Source: a virus
Virus record (IMG/VR): IMGVR_UViG_3300010389_000006
Coordinates: 16,786-80,785 of that record
Length of the DNA stretch: 64,000 bases
Strand: one strand, 5' to 3'
Made by a program: the position numbers and the translations under genes. Positions 23,289-34,500 of this stretch are shown piece after piece (the first letter of the stretch is position 1; each line of letters begins with the position of its first letter). A model generated the notes under the pieces. The model did not search any database, had not been told where the DNA came from, and saw only the letters and a list, made by a program, of their open reading frames with translations.

Positions 23289-23347
23289 TTTTTGAAAATG
23301 GTTTTTTGAAAACCTCAAAACGAAAAAAATTTCCCGCCAAAAAAATC

Positions 23348-23596
23348 ATGCAAAAACCTTTTGATAACTTTGAAGCAATTCTGAATGACTTTGACGGATT
23401 TTGCGATGAGTTCGAAACACGCGCCGCTGAGGCATTTATGAAAGGAGACAGTAATAATGGAAACATCGTCAGAGCAGCTACAGACAAACTTGGAGGAGAA
23501 ACTCCTAGTGTTGTTACAGAGATTAGAGAACCTGGAGATGAGGGTTTCGGCGCTGGAGAGACCCACGTTAGCGTATCGCAGACCGAGTGCGAATGA
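23348..23596 (+). CDS. Hypothetical protein
   Basis: MQKPFDNFEAILNDFDGFCDEF...; overlaps the next ORF by 140 nt. Confidence 0.55.
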   Translation: MQKPFDNFEAILNDFDGFCDEFETRAAEAFMKGDSNNGNIVRAATDKLGGETPSVVTEIREPGDEGFGAGETHVSVSQTECE

Positions 23597-23687
23597 ATAC
23601 GAAACACTCTCAGACACTCTAGACTATCTTCATAATAACGTTGAGGGGATTAAGAGAGACCTTCTAAGAGTTGCAAAAGCAGTCTAA
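23457..23687 (+). CDS. Hypothetical coiled-coil protein
   Basis: ORF track, 76 aa; TAATG coupling to the next gene. Confidence 0.7.
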   Translation: METSSEQLQTNLEEKLLVLLQRLENLEMRVSALERPTLAYRRPSANEYETLSDTLDYLHNNVEGIKRDLLRVAKAV

Positions 23688-24940
23688 TGGCAATACCCTT
23701 CATAAACATCTTAGCACCCTCCCTGGGCGGTATAGGACCCATAGAACTCGCAGACTTCAATAGGTTAACGAGGTTAAATGGGAATGGTATCCCATTTTAT
23801 GCTGGGAGATTTTATCCCAAAGATTCGACGGGTCTTTGGATCGATCGCGGTAATCTCAAAGATCAGATTGGATTTATTGCAGAGATCCCGCCGTGGTTGT
23901 GCTGGGAGAATATTGACCCTACGCAGATCTGGATGATTTCTGCTACACCCGAAGAGCAGATCATTTCAACCACTACGAGTATTGCTAGGATTGATTGGTG
24001 GCCTAGGGAGGAAGAAGATGGTTTGCCAGAAAACCCCCAAGCTACAAATGGTTGGGATTACACTCCCGATGAATGGGAGAAGTCCCGTGCCCGTGCAGGT
24101 TGGGGGTGGGGCAGCACTGGTGCAAATAACATTGGTGCATCCCTTGACATTACCTCTCTGGATCCCCTGGTGGAGGTGCAGCAGAATCTTAACATGCCAA
24201 TCTTGTTTAACCAGCGGGTCGCCATCAGTGGCATTCAGGGGCGATGCTCCGAGTATGCATTCTTCGACCAGGAGTTGAGGTATATGAATGGTACGGGGTT
24301 GAATCAGAATGAATTTGAGAATGCGTTTTACGCCGAGAACTATCCAGATGGTTATAGAGACTATTGGAGGTTACGTTCTGATGGTGCATGGAAGAAACGT
24401 AATCAACCTGTTCCAGTGGACTATGATGATGTTGATTGGGGTAATACATTGATTGATGAGCGTTTCCAAGGCACTCAGTCTGGATATATGCCTACAGGAT
24501 GGGTGAGGGATAGCGCCGACGAACTTGATTACCTTACAACCGCGATCACCGACCCGCTGCTAGCAAATAGGTATGGAACCGAGTTTTGGAATGAGTATAC
24601 AAAATATAATGAACCAGGCGGCAGCGCACGTATGGGACAACTGTTAGAGATTGTTCCGAGTGCTTTTGATACAGTAGTATACACGATTAAGGTTTCTTGT
24701 GTCACCATAGTTGGTCAAAATGTAGAAGATCCTGCTATAGCAGATGAACCATTAGGTCCATTTGACGTTACCTTGGGTGATGCACGAATCAACCTTGCTG
24801 ATAATGTCGCTCAGAACTTATTTGCAAATGATTGGTATTTCTATTGGCCAGTAAGGTATGATACGAGGTATGCTGAATTTAGAAATGAGTTCCTTCTAAA
24901 TAGAGCAGGCATTGCTTTTGAAGGGGCGATCCCACCATGA
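23687..24940 (+). CDS. Hypothetical Trp/acid-rich protein upstream of PAAR, probably structural
   Basis: ORF track, 417 aa; coupled to the PAAR gene by ATGA. Confidence 0.7.
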   Translation: MAIPFINILAPSLGGIGPIELADFNRLTRLNGNGIPFYAGRFYPKDSTGLWIDRGNLKDQIGFIAEIPPWLCWENIDPTQIWMISATPEEQIISTTTSIARIDWWPREEEDGLPENPQATNGWDYTPDEWEKSRARAGWGWGSTGANNIGASLDITSLDPLVEVQQNLNMPILFNQRVAISGIQGRCSEYAFFDQELRYMNGTGLNQNEFENAFYAENYPDGYRDYWRLRSDGAWKKRNQPVPVDYDDVDWGNTLIDERFQGTQSGYMPTGWVRDSADELDYLTTAITDPLLANRYGTEFWNEYTKYNEPGGSARMGQLLEIVPSAFDTVVYTIKVSCVTIVGQNVEDPAIADEPLGPFDVTLGDARINLADNVAQNLFANDWYFYWPVRYDTRYAEFRNEFLLNRAGIAFEGAIPP

Positions 24941-25329
24941 CGGTAAGACAAATTGGATTAGCGGGAGTACCATTAAGTCCCCATGCTGATCACCAACCAC
25001 CAATTCCACTTCCAGCACCAGTTGGATTTGCTGCTAATGTGGTAGTGAATGGTCGTCCAGTGCATCATGTTGGCAACACCATGATTCTCCACCCCATTCC
25101 TGGTACATTTCCTCCAGTTTTCCACATTCCACCTGATGTAATTGTAGAAGGGTTTGGAAGGGTCTTCTGTAATGGTACACCACTTGCTAGGTTCATGAGT
25201 AAGACACAATACGGTTCTCAGGTCATGCAGGGCAGTATTAACGTCTTTGTGAACTCTGGTTTAACCACATGGCTGTCTAGTGGTGGAGAAGAACCAACAG
25301 TTAGTCCTCCACCTGAACCATCTGCCTGA
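24937..25329 (+). CDS. PAAR-like baseplate spike tip protein
   Basis: NVVVNGRPVHHVG...H...VFCNGTPLAR...QGSINVFVN repeats; lies upstream of gp25/gp6. Confidence 0.75.
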   Translation: MTVRQIGLAGVPLSPHADHQPPIPLPAPVGFAANVVVNGRPVHHVGNTMILHPIPGTFPPVFHIPPDVIVEGFGRVFCNGTPLARFMSKTQYGSQVMQGSINVFVNSGLTTWLSSGGEEPTVSPPPEPSA

Positions 25330-25334
25330 TTATA

Positions 25335-25343
25335 TGCTATAAT
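25335..25343 (+). promoter_or_regulatory. Extended -10 promoter
   Basis: TGc-TATAAT; no clear -35. Confidence 0.5.
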
Positions 25344-25367
25344 ATTGGAGTCAATTGATAGAACACT

Positions 25368-25514
25368 ATGGCACGAGCAAAAGTTGGTCTTAGCGGTAAG
25401 AAGATCATTGAGTCGAAACCCAAAACCACGCGACAGGGCAGCAGCAAGAACACGAAATATTCTGCTACCAGTCGTAATTCTGCTAAGAAGCGTTATCGCG
25501 GACAAGGAAAGTAA
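25368..25514 (+). CDS. Small basic protein (48 aa, not in track)
   Basis: MARAKVGLSGKKIIESKPKTTRQG...KKRYRGQGK*; TAATG coupling. More credible than the track's 25345-25545. Confidence 0.7.
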   Translation: MARAKVGLSGKKIIESKPKTTRQGSSKNTKYSATSRNSAKKRYRGQGK

Positions 25515-26017
25515 TGAAAGATTTACTGTTCATCTCACAGGATAAAGAGATGGCACTCATTCAGGAGATGTCATACAAGATCAAGATGTCAAACTGGGAT
25601 ATTCATCCTAGTAAGACTTGTTTCTTGTGCGTGTCTCCTGATTACTCTAGTATTGTAACTCAGCATCTCTCGCATTCATTGTCAATGGATCGGGAGATTT
25701 TTCATATTGAGGCAGTTAATGTGCCGTTTCCCGATGAAAACCCCACTCAATATCAAGTTAACTTTGAGTTAGACTTTGCTGAGTGGGTATTGGATTGGGA
25801 TAACTTTGTGTTATGCGAAGCAGGAGTAATCAGAGGTGGCAATTATACTTGGATTACTAAAGTAATGGAAAAGTTTGTAGACAAGAATTACTACACTTTA
25901 TCATTATGTGAAAATATCCATAGTAAATATAAGAGTGATCTGGTTTCACTTTATTATGATGATACCATCGAAGATTTACATTTTTGGTGGGAACGACCAA
26001 ATAATCATTGGACATAG
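25514..26017 (+). CDS. Hypothetical protein, possibly a PRTase-like fold
   Basis: FVLCEAGVIRGGNY resembles a degenerate PRPP-binding loop. Confidence 0.5.
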   Translation: MKDLLFISQDKEMALIQEMSYKIKMSNWDIHPSKTCFLCVSPDYSSIVTQHLSHSLSMDREIFHIEAVNVPFPDENPTQYQVNFELDFAEWVLDWDNFVLCEAGVIRGGNYTWITKVMEKFVDKNYYTLSLCENIHSKYKSDLVSLYYDDTIEDLHFWWERPNNHWT

Positions 26018-26066
26018 GGATAGCAACCCCAAAAAAAGTTCTAATCAAACTTTTCAAAGGAGAACT

Positions 26067-26282
26067 ATGGGATTATTTCCAGTAGACAAAGGCGAAGAAT
26101 TTTTGGAAGAAGGTATGACACTGATCACCGAGACAGACAGTGATCGCCTTCTAGATGCCGCTGCAAAGCGTCGTAGGTCAAAGATGAAGGAAGAACTATA
26201 CCCACTGCCCGAAGATCGCCTTGAGCGCCCTTGTGGGGGAGCAGGTGGTTTTGACGACTTTGTAGAGCGTTGGCACGAGTGA
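26067..26282 (+). CDS. Hypothetical protein
   Basis: MGLFPVDKGEEFLEEG...; AAGGAG SD precedes ATG 26067. Confidence 0.7.
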   Translation: MGLFPVDKGEEFLEEGMTLITETDSDRLLDAAAKRRRSKMKEELYPLPEDRLERPCGGAGGFDDFVERWHE

Positions 26283-26289
26283 ATAAATA
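26282..26289 (+). promoter_or_regulatory. T4-type late promoter
   Basis: AATAAATA upstream of gp25. Confidence 0.6.
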
Positions 26290-26313
26290 ATAGCAGCCTA
26301 CTGCTGTGTCTAA

Positions 26314-26706
26314 ATGCCAACCTTTCAGACATTCAAAGATTTGAGTGTTACGTTTAAGAAGCACCCCGTCTCTGATGACCTCGTCACAGTGAAGGATAAG
26401 GCAGCTATTGTGCAGTCAATCTCCAACTTGCTTCTTACAAATAAAGGTGAAAGACCATTTCAACCAGATCTAGGGTGTGGACTACGAAATGTATTGTTCG
26501 AACCACTAGATTTTGCGTCTGCTGGTATTATCCGTTCAGAGATTACGGATACACTTAAGAAGTATGAACCAAGAATCACGGTTAATACAATTCGTGTTTA
26601 TCCTGATCAGTTGAATAATGGTTATGATGTGGAGATTACTTATACCATCGTCGGTAGAGACGACGCACCAGTAACTGTAGACATCTTTCTAGAGCGTACA
26701 CGATAA
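26314..26706 (+). CDS. gp25: Baseplate wedge subunit gp25
   Basis: FKDLS..F.KHP..DL...AIVQSISNLLLTNKGERPFQPDLG...YEPRI. Confidence 0.93.
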   Translation: MPTFQTFKDLSVTFKKHPVSDDLVTVKDKAAIVQSISNLLLTNKGERPFQPDLGCGLRNVLFEPLDFASAGIIRSEITDTLKKYEPRITVNTIRVYPDQLNNGYDVEITYTIVGRDDAPVTVDIFLERTR

Positions 26707-28502
26707 TGCCTTATACTCAGGTTGCCAACTTAGACTTTGAAGATATCAAAGCTGCTCTAAAAGACTATCTTAGAGCACAGACAGATTTTACTGACTATGA
26801 CTTTGATGGTTCGGTACTATCGACGCTAATTGATACTCTTGCCTACAACACGTACTACACGGCGTTTAACACCAACATGGTAGTCAATGAACTATTCATT
26901 GATTCTGCCACCTTGAGGGACAACGTAGTGGCGATTGCGAAGCAATTAGGTTATAGACCCAAGAGTATCACTTCGCCAACTGCATATATTGACTTTACAG
27001 TTACCTACACAAATCCAACAACTGATACAGCACTGTATCTGAAGAAAGGAACTGGATTTATTGCTAACTATGACAATACAATCTATCAGTATGTTGTCGC
27101 TGATGATGTAAAGGCACAAGTATCAAACAACACTGCAATTTTTACAGAAGTTCCTCTACAGGAGGGTAATCTTCTTATTAATACCTTTACAGTAAATACT
27201 TCTCTCAAGTCGCAGAGATTTATTTTAGACAACACCAATATTGATACAAACACAATTAGAGTTAAGGTTTACCCAACTGGTGGATCCTTTAGCGAACCAT
27301 ACCTTGTAGCAGATAATATTTTAGGTATTGATGCAAACTCTAAAGTCTTCTACTTAGAAGAGATTGAAGACGAGAGATATGAATTGATCTTTGGAGATGG
27401 TGTTTTAGGAAAGAAACTAGAGAATGGTTCTAGAGTTGAAGTTTCATATATTAGAACATCTGGTCCAGATTCAAATGGAGTAAAAACTTTTGTCTTTACT
27501 GGTGTTCTAGAAAACGGACTTGGCGTTTCTCCGTCTGGATTTAATGTTGTCATTAATAAGACTACACCATCTTCTGGTGGTGAAGCAATGGAAACCACAA
27601 AGAACATTAAGTATAATGCACCCAAGGCATACGGCACTCAGGACCGTGCTGTGACCGCCTCTGACTACGCTTCGATCGTTCGTAATGTATATCCTGCCAC
27701 AAGCGATATCATCATCTTTGGAGGCGAAGATCAGGACCCACCAGAGTATGGTAAGGTATTCATTGTACTAAAACCAAAAGATGCTACTTATCTAACATCT
27801 ATAACAAAGCAACAAATTATTAGCGAACTTGAGAAATACGTTGTTGCTTCTGTAGAACCAGTCATTGTAGATCCCTCAGTATTGTTTGTAGAGATCACAA
27901 GTAAAATTTATTATAATAGATCGATTACAGATCAAACACCAGCACAGATTAGAGACAAAGTTATCGGTGCTGTGCAATCTTATATTGATAATTCTGATAC
28001 AGAAAAGTTCAATGGCAAGTTTAGATACAGTAAATTTGTTGGTGTTATTGATGATGCAGACAGATCAATCAATTCGAACTTAACAGAAGTTACCATGAGA
28101 AAGGATTTTTATCCTCAACTCAATGCAACTTTCTATTATGAGATTTGTTTCCAGAATTCGTTTGACATTGATTGCGACGAATCCGTACTTTCATCTACAA
28201 AATTTAGAGTCACTGAGTATCCTAATTTTGATGTCTATATCGAAGATAGGGATGGCAAAATTGTCCTATATAGACTAGACGCTGTAACTGGCGAGAAAGT
28301 TGTTCTCGACAAGGAAGTTGGGGATATTGATTATGTAAAAGGCGAATTGAGATTGTACAATATGACTATCATTAAAGGTAGTTTCTTTGATAACAGAATC
28401 TCAGTTAGAGTAAAACCTTTATCTAATGATATTCAGGCACTCCGCGAGGTTTATCTGGACGTTGATGTAGCGAATTCAAGTTTCACCGCATATAAAGAGT
28501 AA
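26706..28502 (+). CDS. gp6: Baseplate wedge subunit gp6
   Basis: LDFEDIKAALKDYL...DYDFDGS...LAYNTYY...DSATLRDNVV; QDRAVTASDY; PPEYGKVFI. Confidence 0.93.
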   Translation: MPYTQVANLDFEDIKAALKDYLRAQTDFTDYDFDGSVLSTLIDTLAYNTYYTAFNTNMVVNELFIDSATLRDNVVAIAKQLGYRPKSITSPTAYIDFTVTYTNPTTDTALYLKKGTGFIANYDNTIYQYVVADDVKAQVSNNTAIFTEVPLQEGNLLINTFTVNTSLKSQRFILDNTNIDTNTIRVKVYPTGGSFSEPYLVADNILGIDANSKVFYLEEIEDERYELIFGDGVLGKKLENGSRVEVSYIRTSGPDSNGVKTFVFTGVLENGLGVSPSGFNVVINKTTPSSGGEAMETTKNIKYNAPKAYGTQDRAVTASDYASIVRNVYPATSDIIIFGGEDQDPPEYGKVFIVLKPKDATYLTSITKQQIISELEKYVVASVEPVIVDPSVLFVEITSKIYYNRSITDQTPAQIRDKVIGAVQSYIDNSDTEKFNGKFRYSKFVGVIDDADRSINSNLTEVTMRKDFYPQLNATFYYEICFQNSFDIDCDESVLSSTKFRVTEYPNFDVYIEDRDGKIVLYRLDAVTGEKVVLDKEVGDIDYVKGELRLYNMTIIKGSFFDNRISVRVKPLSNDIQALREVYLDVDVANSSFTAYKE

Positions 28503-28506
28503 ATAA

Positions 28507-31500
28507 ATGGCTGCTGTTAAGACTAAGAGAATTTCAACTCTAATTGAGTCCCAGCTTCCTGAATTCATTGCTACTGAATATGAACTGTTTGCTAAGTTCG
28601 TTCAGAAGTATTACGAAGCACAGGAAGTCCAAGGTGGAACTTTGGATATCATCAGCAATATCCAAAAATATGCAGACATCGATTTCTATGAGAAAAATCT
28701 TCTCAAACAGAATGATACTCTTGCTGTATCTATTTCTGATACAGATACCACAATTGTTGTAAATGATGCGAGTTCATTTCCAGCAAAAAATGGATATATT
28801 AGAATTAATGATGAGATTATCTTTTATTCTAATAGAACAGACACAGAATTTTTAAATTGTTCTAGAGGTGTAAGTGGTAATACTACCTTAGGAGATCTAT
28901 ACACCGAGTCAAATTTTACAAGTACAGAAGCGACATCTCATAATGCTAATGTAAAAGTATATAATGTCAGCAATCTTTTCCTATATGCTTTTGTAAAAAA
29001 CTTTGAGTCTCAGTATCTTGGTTCATTTCCAGAGAAGTATCTTCGTGGTGAAGTTGACAAGAGAACTCTTATCAAGAACATTAACAAGTTCTACAAGGCA
29101 AAAGGAACTGATAGTTCTATTAAGTTCATCTTTAACACCATTGTTTCTCAAGATGTAACTAATAAACCAGAAGTATACAAACCAAAAGACTTTACATATA
29201 AAGTATCAAAGTCCGATTGGGTTAATGTCTATGCACTAAAAGTAAAGGTAATCTCTGGAGACCCAACAGATCTTATTGGTAAGCAGATTGTTCAACCAGA
29301 AACGGAAGAATATGGTTATGTTTCTGCTACTGTAGATAATGCAAGAGCAGAGGGTACATTTGATGGCGAGAAAATTTGGAACATTGTTCTTGCTCCAGAA
29401 ACTGTCACTGGTGAGTTTGCAATCTCCACAAAGACTCGTCTAGAGAAAAATATTTCTCAGGCGGATAGTGTTGGCAAGAGAATCAATGTTTTCTCGACTA
29501 TTGGGTGGGGTAAGACTGGAGAAGTTTTAATTGGCGAAGAAACCATCAAGTTTGATGATAAGAACGTAACTCAATTTACTATTAGTAAAAGAGGAAATAT
29601 CACATATAACCATGAGGCAGGTGCTTCTGTATACAAACCAGTTGTTATTAGTGGTTCTAATGTAAAACTTTTAACTTTGGGTGTTGTATATAACTTTGAG
29701 ATCAATGATTCTCATCCATATTCTGCAGTAGATGATACTATTGAAATTTCAAATCCTGGATTTGAGAGTGCAGATCCTAAGATTGTCAATACTGGATCAA
29801 ACCAGACAAGATGGATTTTAAATAGAAATCTTCCAATCAATGCACCAACAGTTCCTTATGTTGGCACGCAACTTGGTCAAACATCAACAGATGTATCTGC
29901 TATTTTTGCAGATGATCAATACTATTACATTACTTCTTCTGGATATCCTTCATACAAAATTCTAGATGGTTCAGATGTTTCTCAGACTGTAGAGGATCAG
30001 AAACTTCTTCGTATCATCAGAAGACTTGCAACCAGAACAACTGAGAAGTATAAGACACCAAAGACTGAAGTCGGTATCCTTCTCAATGGTGTTCGTCTAT
30101 ATGGATATAAAGATACAGATAGCATCCGTTATGGAACGTTAGAGCAAATTGTTCCTGATAGACAGGGTAGTGGATATGTAAAACCACCATTTGTTCTTTT
30201 AGACGGTGCTCCAAACAAAGCAAGAGCGGTTCTATCTGGTTCTGTTGTAGAAAGATATATTGTAGATACTAACAACATCTTCCCAAGAACACCTGTTGTT
30301 GAGGTAACTTCTGGTAGAGGAGCATCTGTTCGTGCTGTTGTTACTGGAGACAAAATTACTAGTTTAGTAGTTGAAAACCCAGGAGAGTATTATTCTTCCC
30401 CTCCCATTGTTCGTATTACAGATAGCAATGGTAAAGGAAGATTTGCAGAGTACAACGCTATTGTAGATACTGATGGTAAATTAGTTGATTTTGAAAAAAT
30501 TGCAGAAGGAAACTTCTACGATCAAAGAACCGTCAAAGTTGATATCATTGCTGTTGGTAATGGTGCTATTGGAACGCCTCTACTAAAAGAATGGAATTTC
30601 AACAGATATGAAAAACTCAAGACCGTTCTTGATACAGAGAATGGATATCTTTTTCCAAATTACAATATAACCTTTGAGAATGGTTATGGTCAAGTTGCTA
30701 ATCCTAAGGCACTGAGGGTTGCATTAAATGATAACTTGAGTGCTGCTGGTCTAGAACCATCAACTAAGACTCACTCACCAATCCTTGGATTTGCTTATGA
30801 TGGCAATCCAATCTATGGACCATTTGCACATCAGAACCCACTAGATTCACAATCTCCTATTGTAAGGATGACATCTAGTTATGTTCGCAACTCTTCCAGA
30901 TCTGGCGGTCCTTCCGTTTCAGACTATCCTTTAGGTACATTCACAAATGATTATACCTATAAGCACAAGAATGGTTCACTAGACGAAAACAATGGACGTT
31001 TTTGCATTACCCCCGAATTTCCAGAGGGAGTTTATGCTTATTTCCTTACTATTGATAGCAATCAAGTACCACAATATCCATACATTCTAGGTGAAAACTT
31101 CTATTCTCTACCAGTAGATAGTAATTATAATTCCGATATTAATCAGAATGATATTCCAAAGGCATCCAAGAGACTATTTACTCTTGGTATGCAGGGTAAT
31201 GGATCTGGCGTGTTTGCTAAGATCAATGAAGTAAAGCCTGGAACCGTTGATAATATTACAATTGAAAACTCTTCTAGTAACTTCTCTGTTAATTCAAAAG
31301 TTTATTTTGATAATAAGGGAACAAATGGTTCGGAAGCAGAAGCACTTGTAAACTCTGTAAAAGGAAAACCAGTAAGTTATATTGACAGTTATGAGAATAA
31401 AGTTGTCAAGTTGACAACTATTCAAAATGCTTATCTATTTACCGATGACATTCTAAGACAACCATCTTCTAATGCATCTGGTCAGATTGTCGGAAATGTC

Positions 31501-34500
31501 AGAAACGATAATGAAATTGTTCTAAAAAATGTTGTTGGAACGTTTGACAACACTGGAACGTTCTCTGCAGACATCAAGACATTCTTCATTCTTCTAGATC
31601 AAGACAGTTCTTATTCTGAGGGAGCAATCTTGAGTCTAACTGATGGTATCAATCCAACAGTAGCTAAAGGTGAAGTATTGAATGGTACAAGCAACCAGAA
31701 CGTTGTTGAAATCAAAGTTGTACCACTAAACCCAGAAGATGATCCACAAGATTGGGATCTTGGTGATTGGTTCCAATTCAACCAAGGAGAATACTTCTTA
31801 CAATCAAACAACTTCTTTAATACGTCTGGTACTAGACCAGTAACGCTAACTTCTTTGAGCGACAACCTAGAACCATTTGAAGTTAATCAAAGTGTCGCTT
31901 TGGTGGAGACTTTAGGCAACCATGGTCTAGGAATTGACGACAAGGTAGATATTACTATCTTACCAAGTGATAGCACAAAAACTAAGACCTATTATCTAAG
32001 AAAGCGTTTATATCAAAACGTAGTATTTAAGGCACCAAAATATTCTTCTACTATTTCTGATACTGGAGTTGGAAGATTCCAAATCCTTAACGGTGGTGCA
32101 GATTATGCTCCTGGTACATATACTAATGTTCCATTCACTGGTGGATCTGGAACTGGCGCAACTGCTATCATTACAGTATCTGATGCTGGTGTAGTATCAT
32201 CTATTTCCATCCAGGATAAAGGAACTGGATATAGAAAAGCAGATTATCTAGGAATTGATGATGAGTCTCTATCAAGATCTGTCGCTTCACAGAGCACACA
32301 GAGATTAACTTTGTATGTTGATCACGTTGGTTTTGCTGCTGGATCTACGAGACTTAATGTAAGTAGTGCAAATGGACTTGCAGAAGGAGACACTGTTCTA
32401 ATTGGTGAAGAAGTAATTGAGATTGCATCTATCAGTGGTAATACACTCACTGTTTTGAGAGGAAGAGAAGGAACTGTTGATAAAGATCACTATGACAAGC
32501 AACCAGTAGATATCTACAAACCAAAACTCAATTTTGTTGATAATTTCCAATTAGGTGCTGGAAACTCTGCATACATTGCTTCTTACAATCCTTCTACTCA
32601 GGAAGCAACACTTGTTTATGACTATCAAGTAGAATTAAACACTGCGGTGTCTGTAACAATCAGTACATCTTTCTTTGATAGTAGTGTTCCTTCTAGACTG
32701 GTAGCAATTCAGTCATTAGAACCAATTGCATACAAGTTTGAATTTTCCGAAGATAACGTAAACTTCACACCAAATCCAAACATTGATATTCAAGAACTAT
32801 ATCGCTATGTGTTTGATACATCACACCCATCTTTGACTGGAACTTACTTTGATCTAAGTCCAAGTAAGAATTTTAATCTTATCACAGGTGAGAAACTAGC
32901 ATCTAATACTCTTCCTGGAAATGCTGGTGCATTTACAGAAGTTAAGTTTGGTTTTGGTTCTAGAATAGCAGCAAATGATTATTCTACAGAAAGAGGAACA
33001 GACTTTACCAATTTCTATTATTTTGATAAGAATGGTATTGTAAATGCAGAAGGTTCTTTCCTTAAAATTGTAAAAGATCCTCTACAGGGCGAAAAGCGTG
33101 TAATTTATGTAACACCAAACAGATTTGTTTATAACGTATCCTCTGAACCACTCTGGGATGGATCTGGTGATATTTCTTACACCACCACAGGTCAGTTTGC
33201 TATTGGAGAAATTAAAGACTTTAAGATTACCAACCTCGGTCTAAACTATAAGAAAGTTCCTATTATCACTGGAGTTGCTCCCACACAAAACTACAGAGCA
33301 TCTGCTACTGTTTTGTTTGACTTAGAATCTAAACTAATTACTTCAGTTGAAGTTAATGAAAGAGGATCGAATTATTCAAATCCAAAGGTTGTTATAACTG
33401 ATGGAGATGGCATTGATGCGAAATTCAATGTAGTTCTAAGGGGAGGAGAAATATTCTCTATTACTGTTGCAAATCCTGGATCTGGATATACATATGCCCC
33501 TACAATTGAAATTGTAGAATCTGATGTTGAGGCATATGTTGACAGTAATACTATCGGTATTCCACAAAGCGTTAGCATCATTAGAAATGGTGGAGCATTC
33601 CACTTAGATAAGACAGTTGCATCTAACTTCACATCTAAGTATACGCTAGCATTACTATCTCCTGAAGGAAGATTTAGAAAAGGTGAGACTGTAGTACAAA
33701 AAGTTGGTGCTACTGAGGTAATGAGAGCAAAAGTAGCAGAATGGCGTCAAGGAACTAATCTATTAAAACTGGAGTCTGTAACAGGAATCGTTAGACAAAA
33801 CTTGGAAGTCCAAGGTCTTATCTCTAAATCAACAGGAACGGTAAAGGCAATTTATGCTACAACCTTCAAGGAAAAAATCACTTCTTTCTTTGACAACATT
33901 GGTTATTATAGTTCCGATAGAGGAAAGTTAGGTGTATCAAACCAAAAGATTACTGATAGTTTCTTCTATCAAGATTATTCTTATGTTGTCAAGTCTAAGA
34001 CTCCTATTGATCAGTGGCGTGAGTTAATTAAGTCAACGACACACCCTGCTGGATTCAAGTTATTTGGTCAAGTAGATATTGAAACGGATGCTCCTGTTGA
34101 AATGCCAGCAGAAGCGCCAAAGGCGTCTCACTTTACTGTTATCCAACTTTGGGATCCTAATAAGAATAAGATTACAGTTGAGAACACCAGAAGAACTATC
34201 ACTCAGACAGTTCAAAAGATTGAAAATCAGAGAATCAAGAAAGGTGTTGGTTCTGCTGCTACTTCCGAATTTAACTTTAATGAGTCAAGAGCGTTTACAG
34301 TTACTTTAAGTGCTCCTTTTGATGGTTATTTTGATAATGATGGAAGACTTCAGGGAACTACAACATTCCAACTGTTGAATGATGGAGCATTGTTCTCTCC
34401 TGCCAGTGCTAAGAATTTGGTTATTACACTTAATGGAGTTTTACAAGAACCCGAAGTAGCATATACTGTTTCTGGTGATACTATTACTTTTGCTGCTCCT

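Noticed and set aside
25345-25545. Track ORF MESIDRTLWHEQ...
   Set aside because: The overlapping frame 25368-25514 gives a typical basic phage protein with TAATG coupling; the track ORF is its shadow.
26017-26041. GGGATAGCAACCCC followed by an A-tract upstream of 26067
   Set aside because: Weak 4-bp stem; may be a conserved leader motif but cannot be supported from a single sequence.
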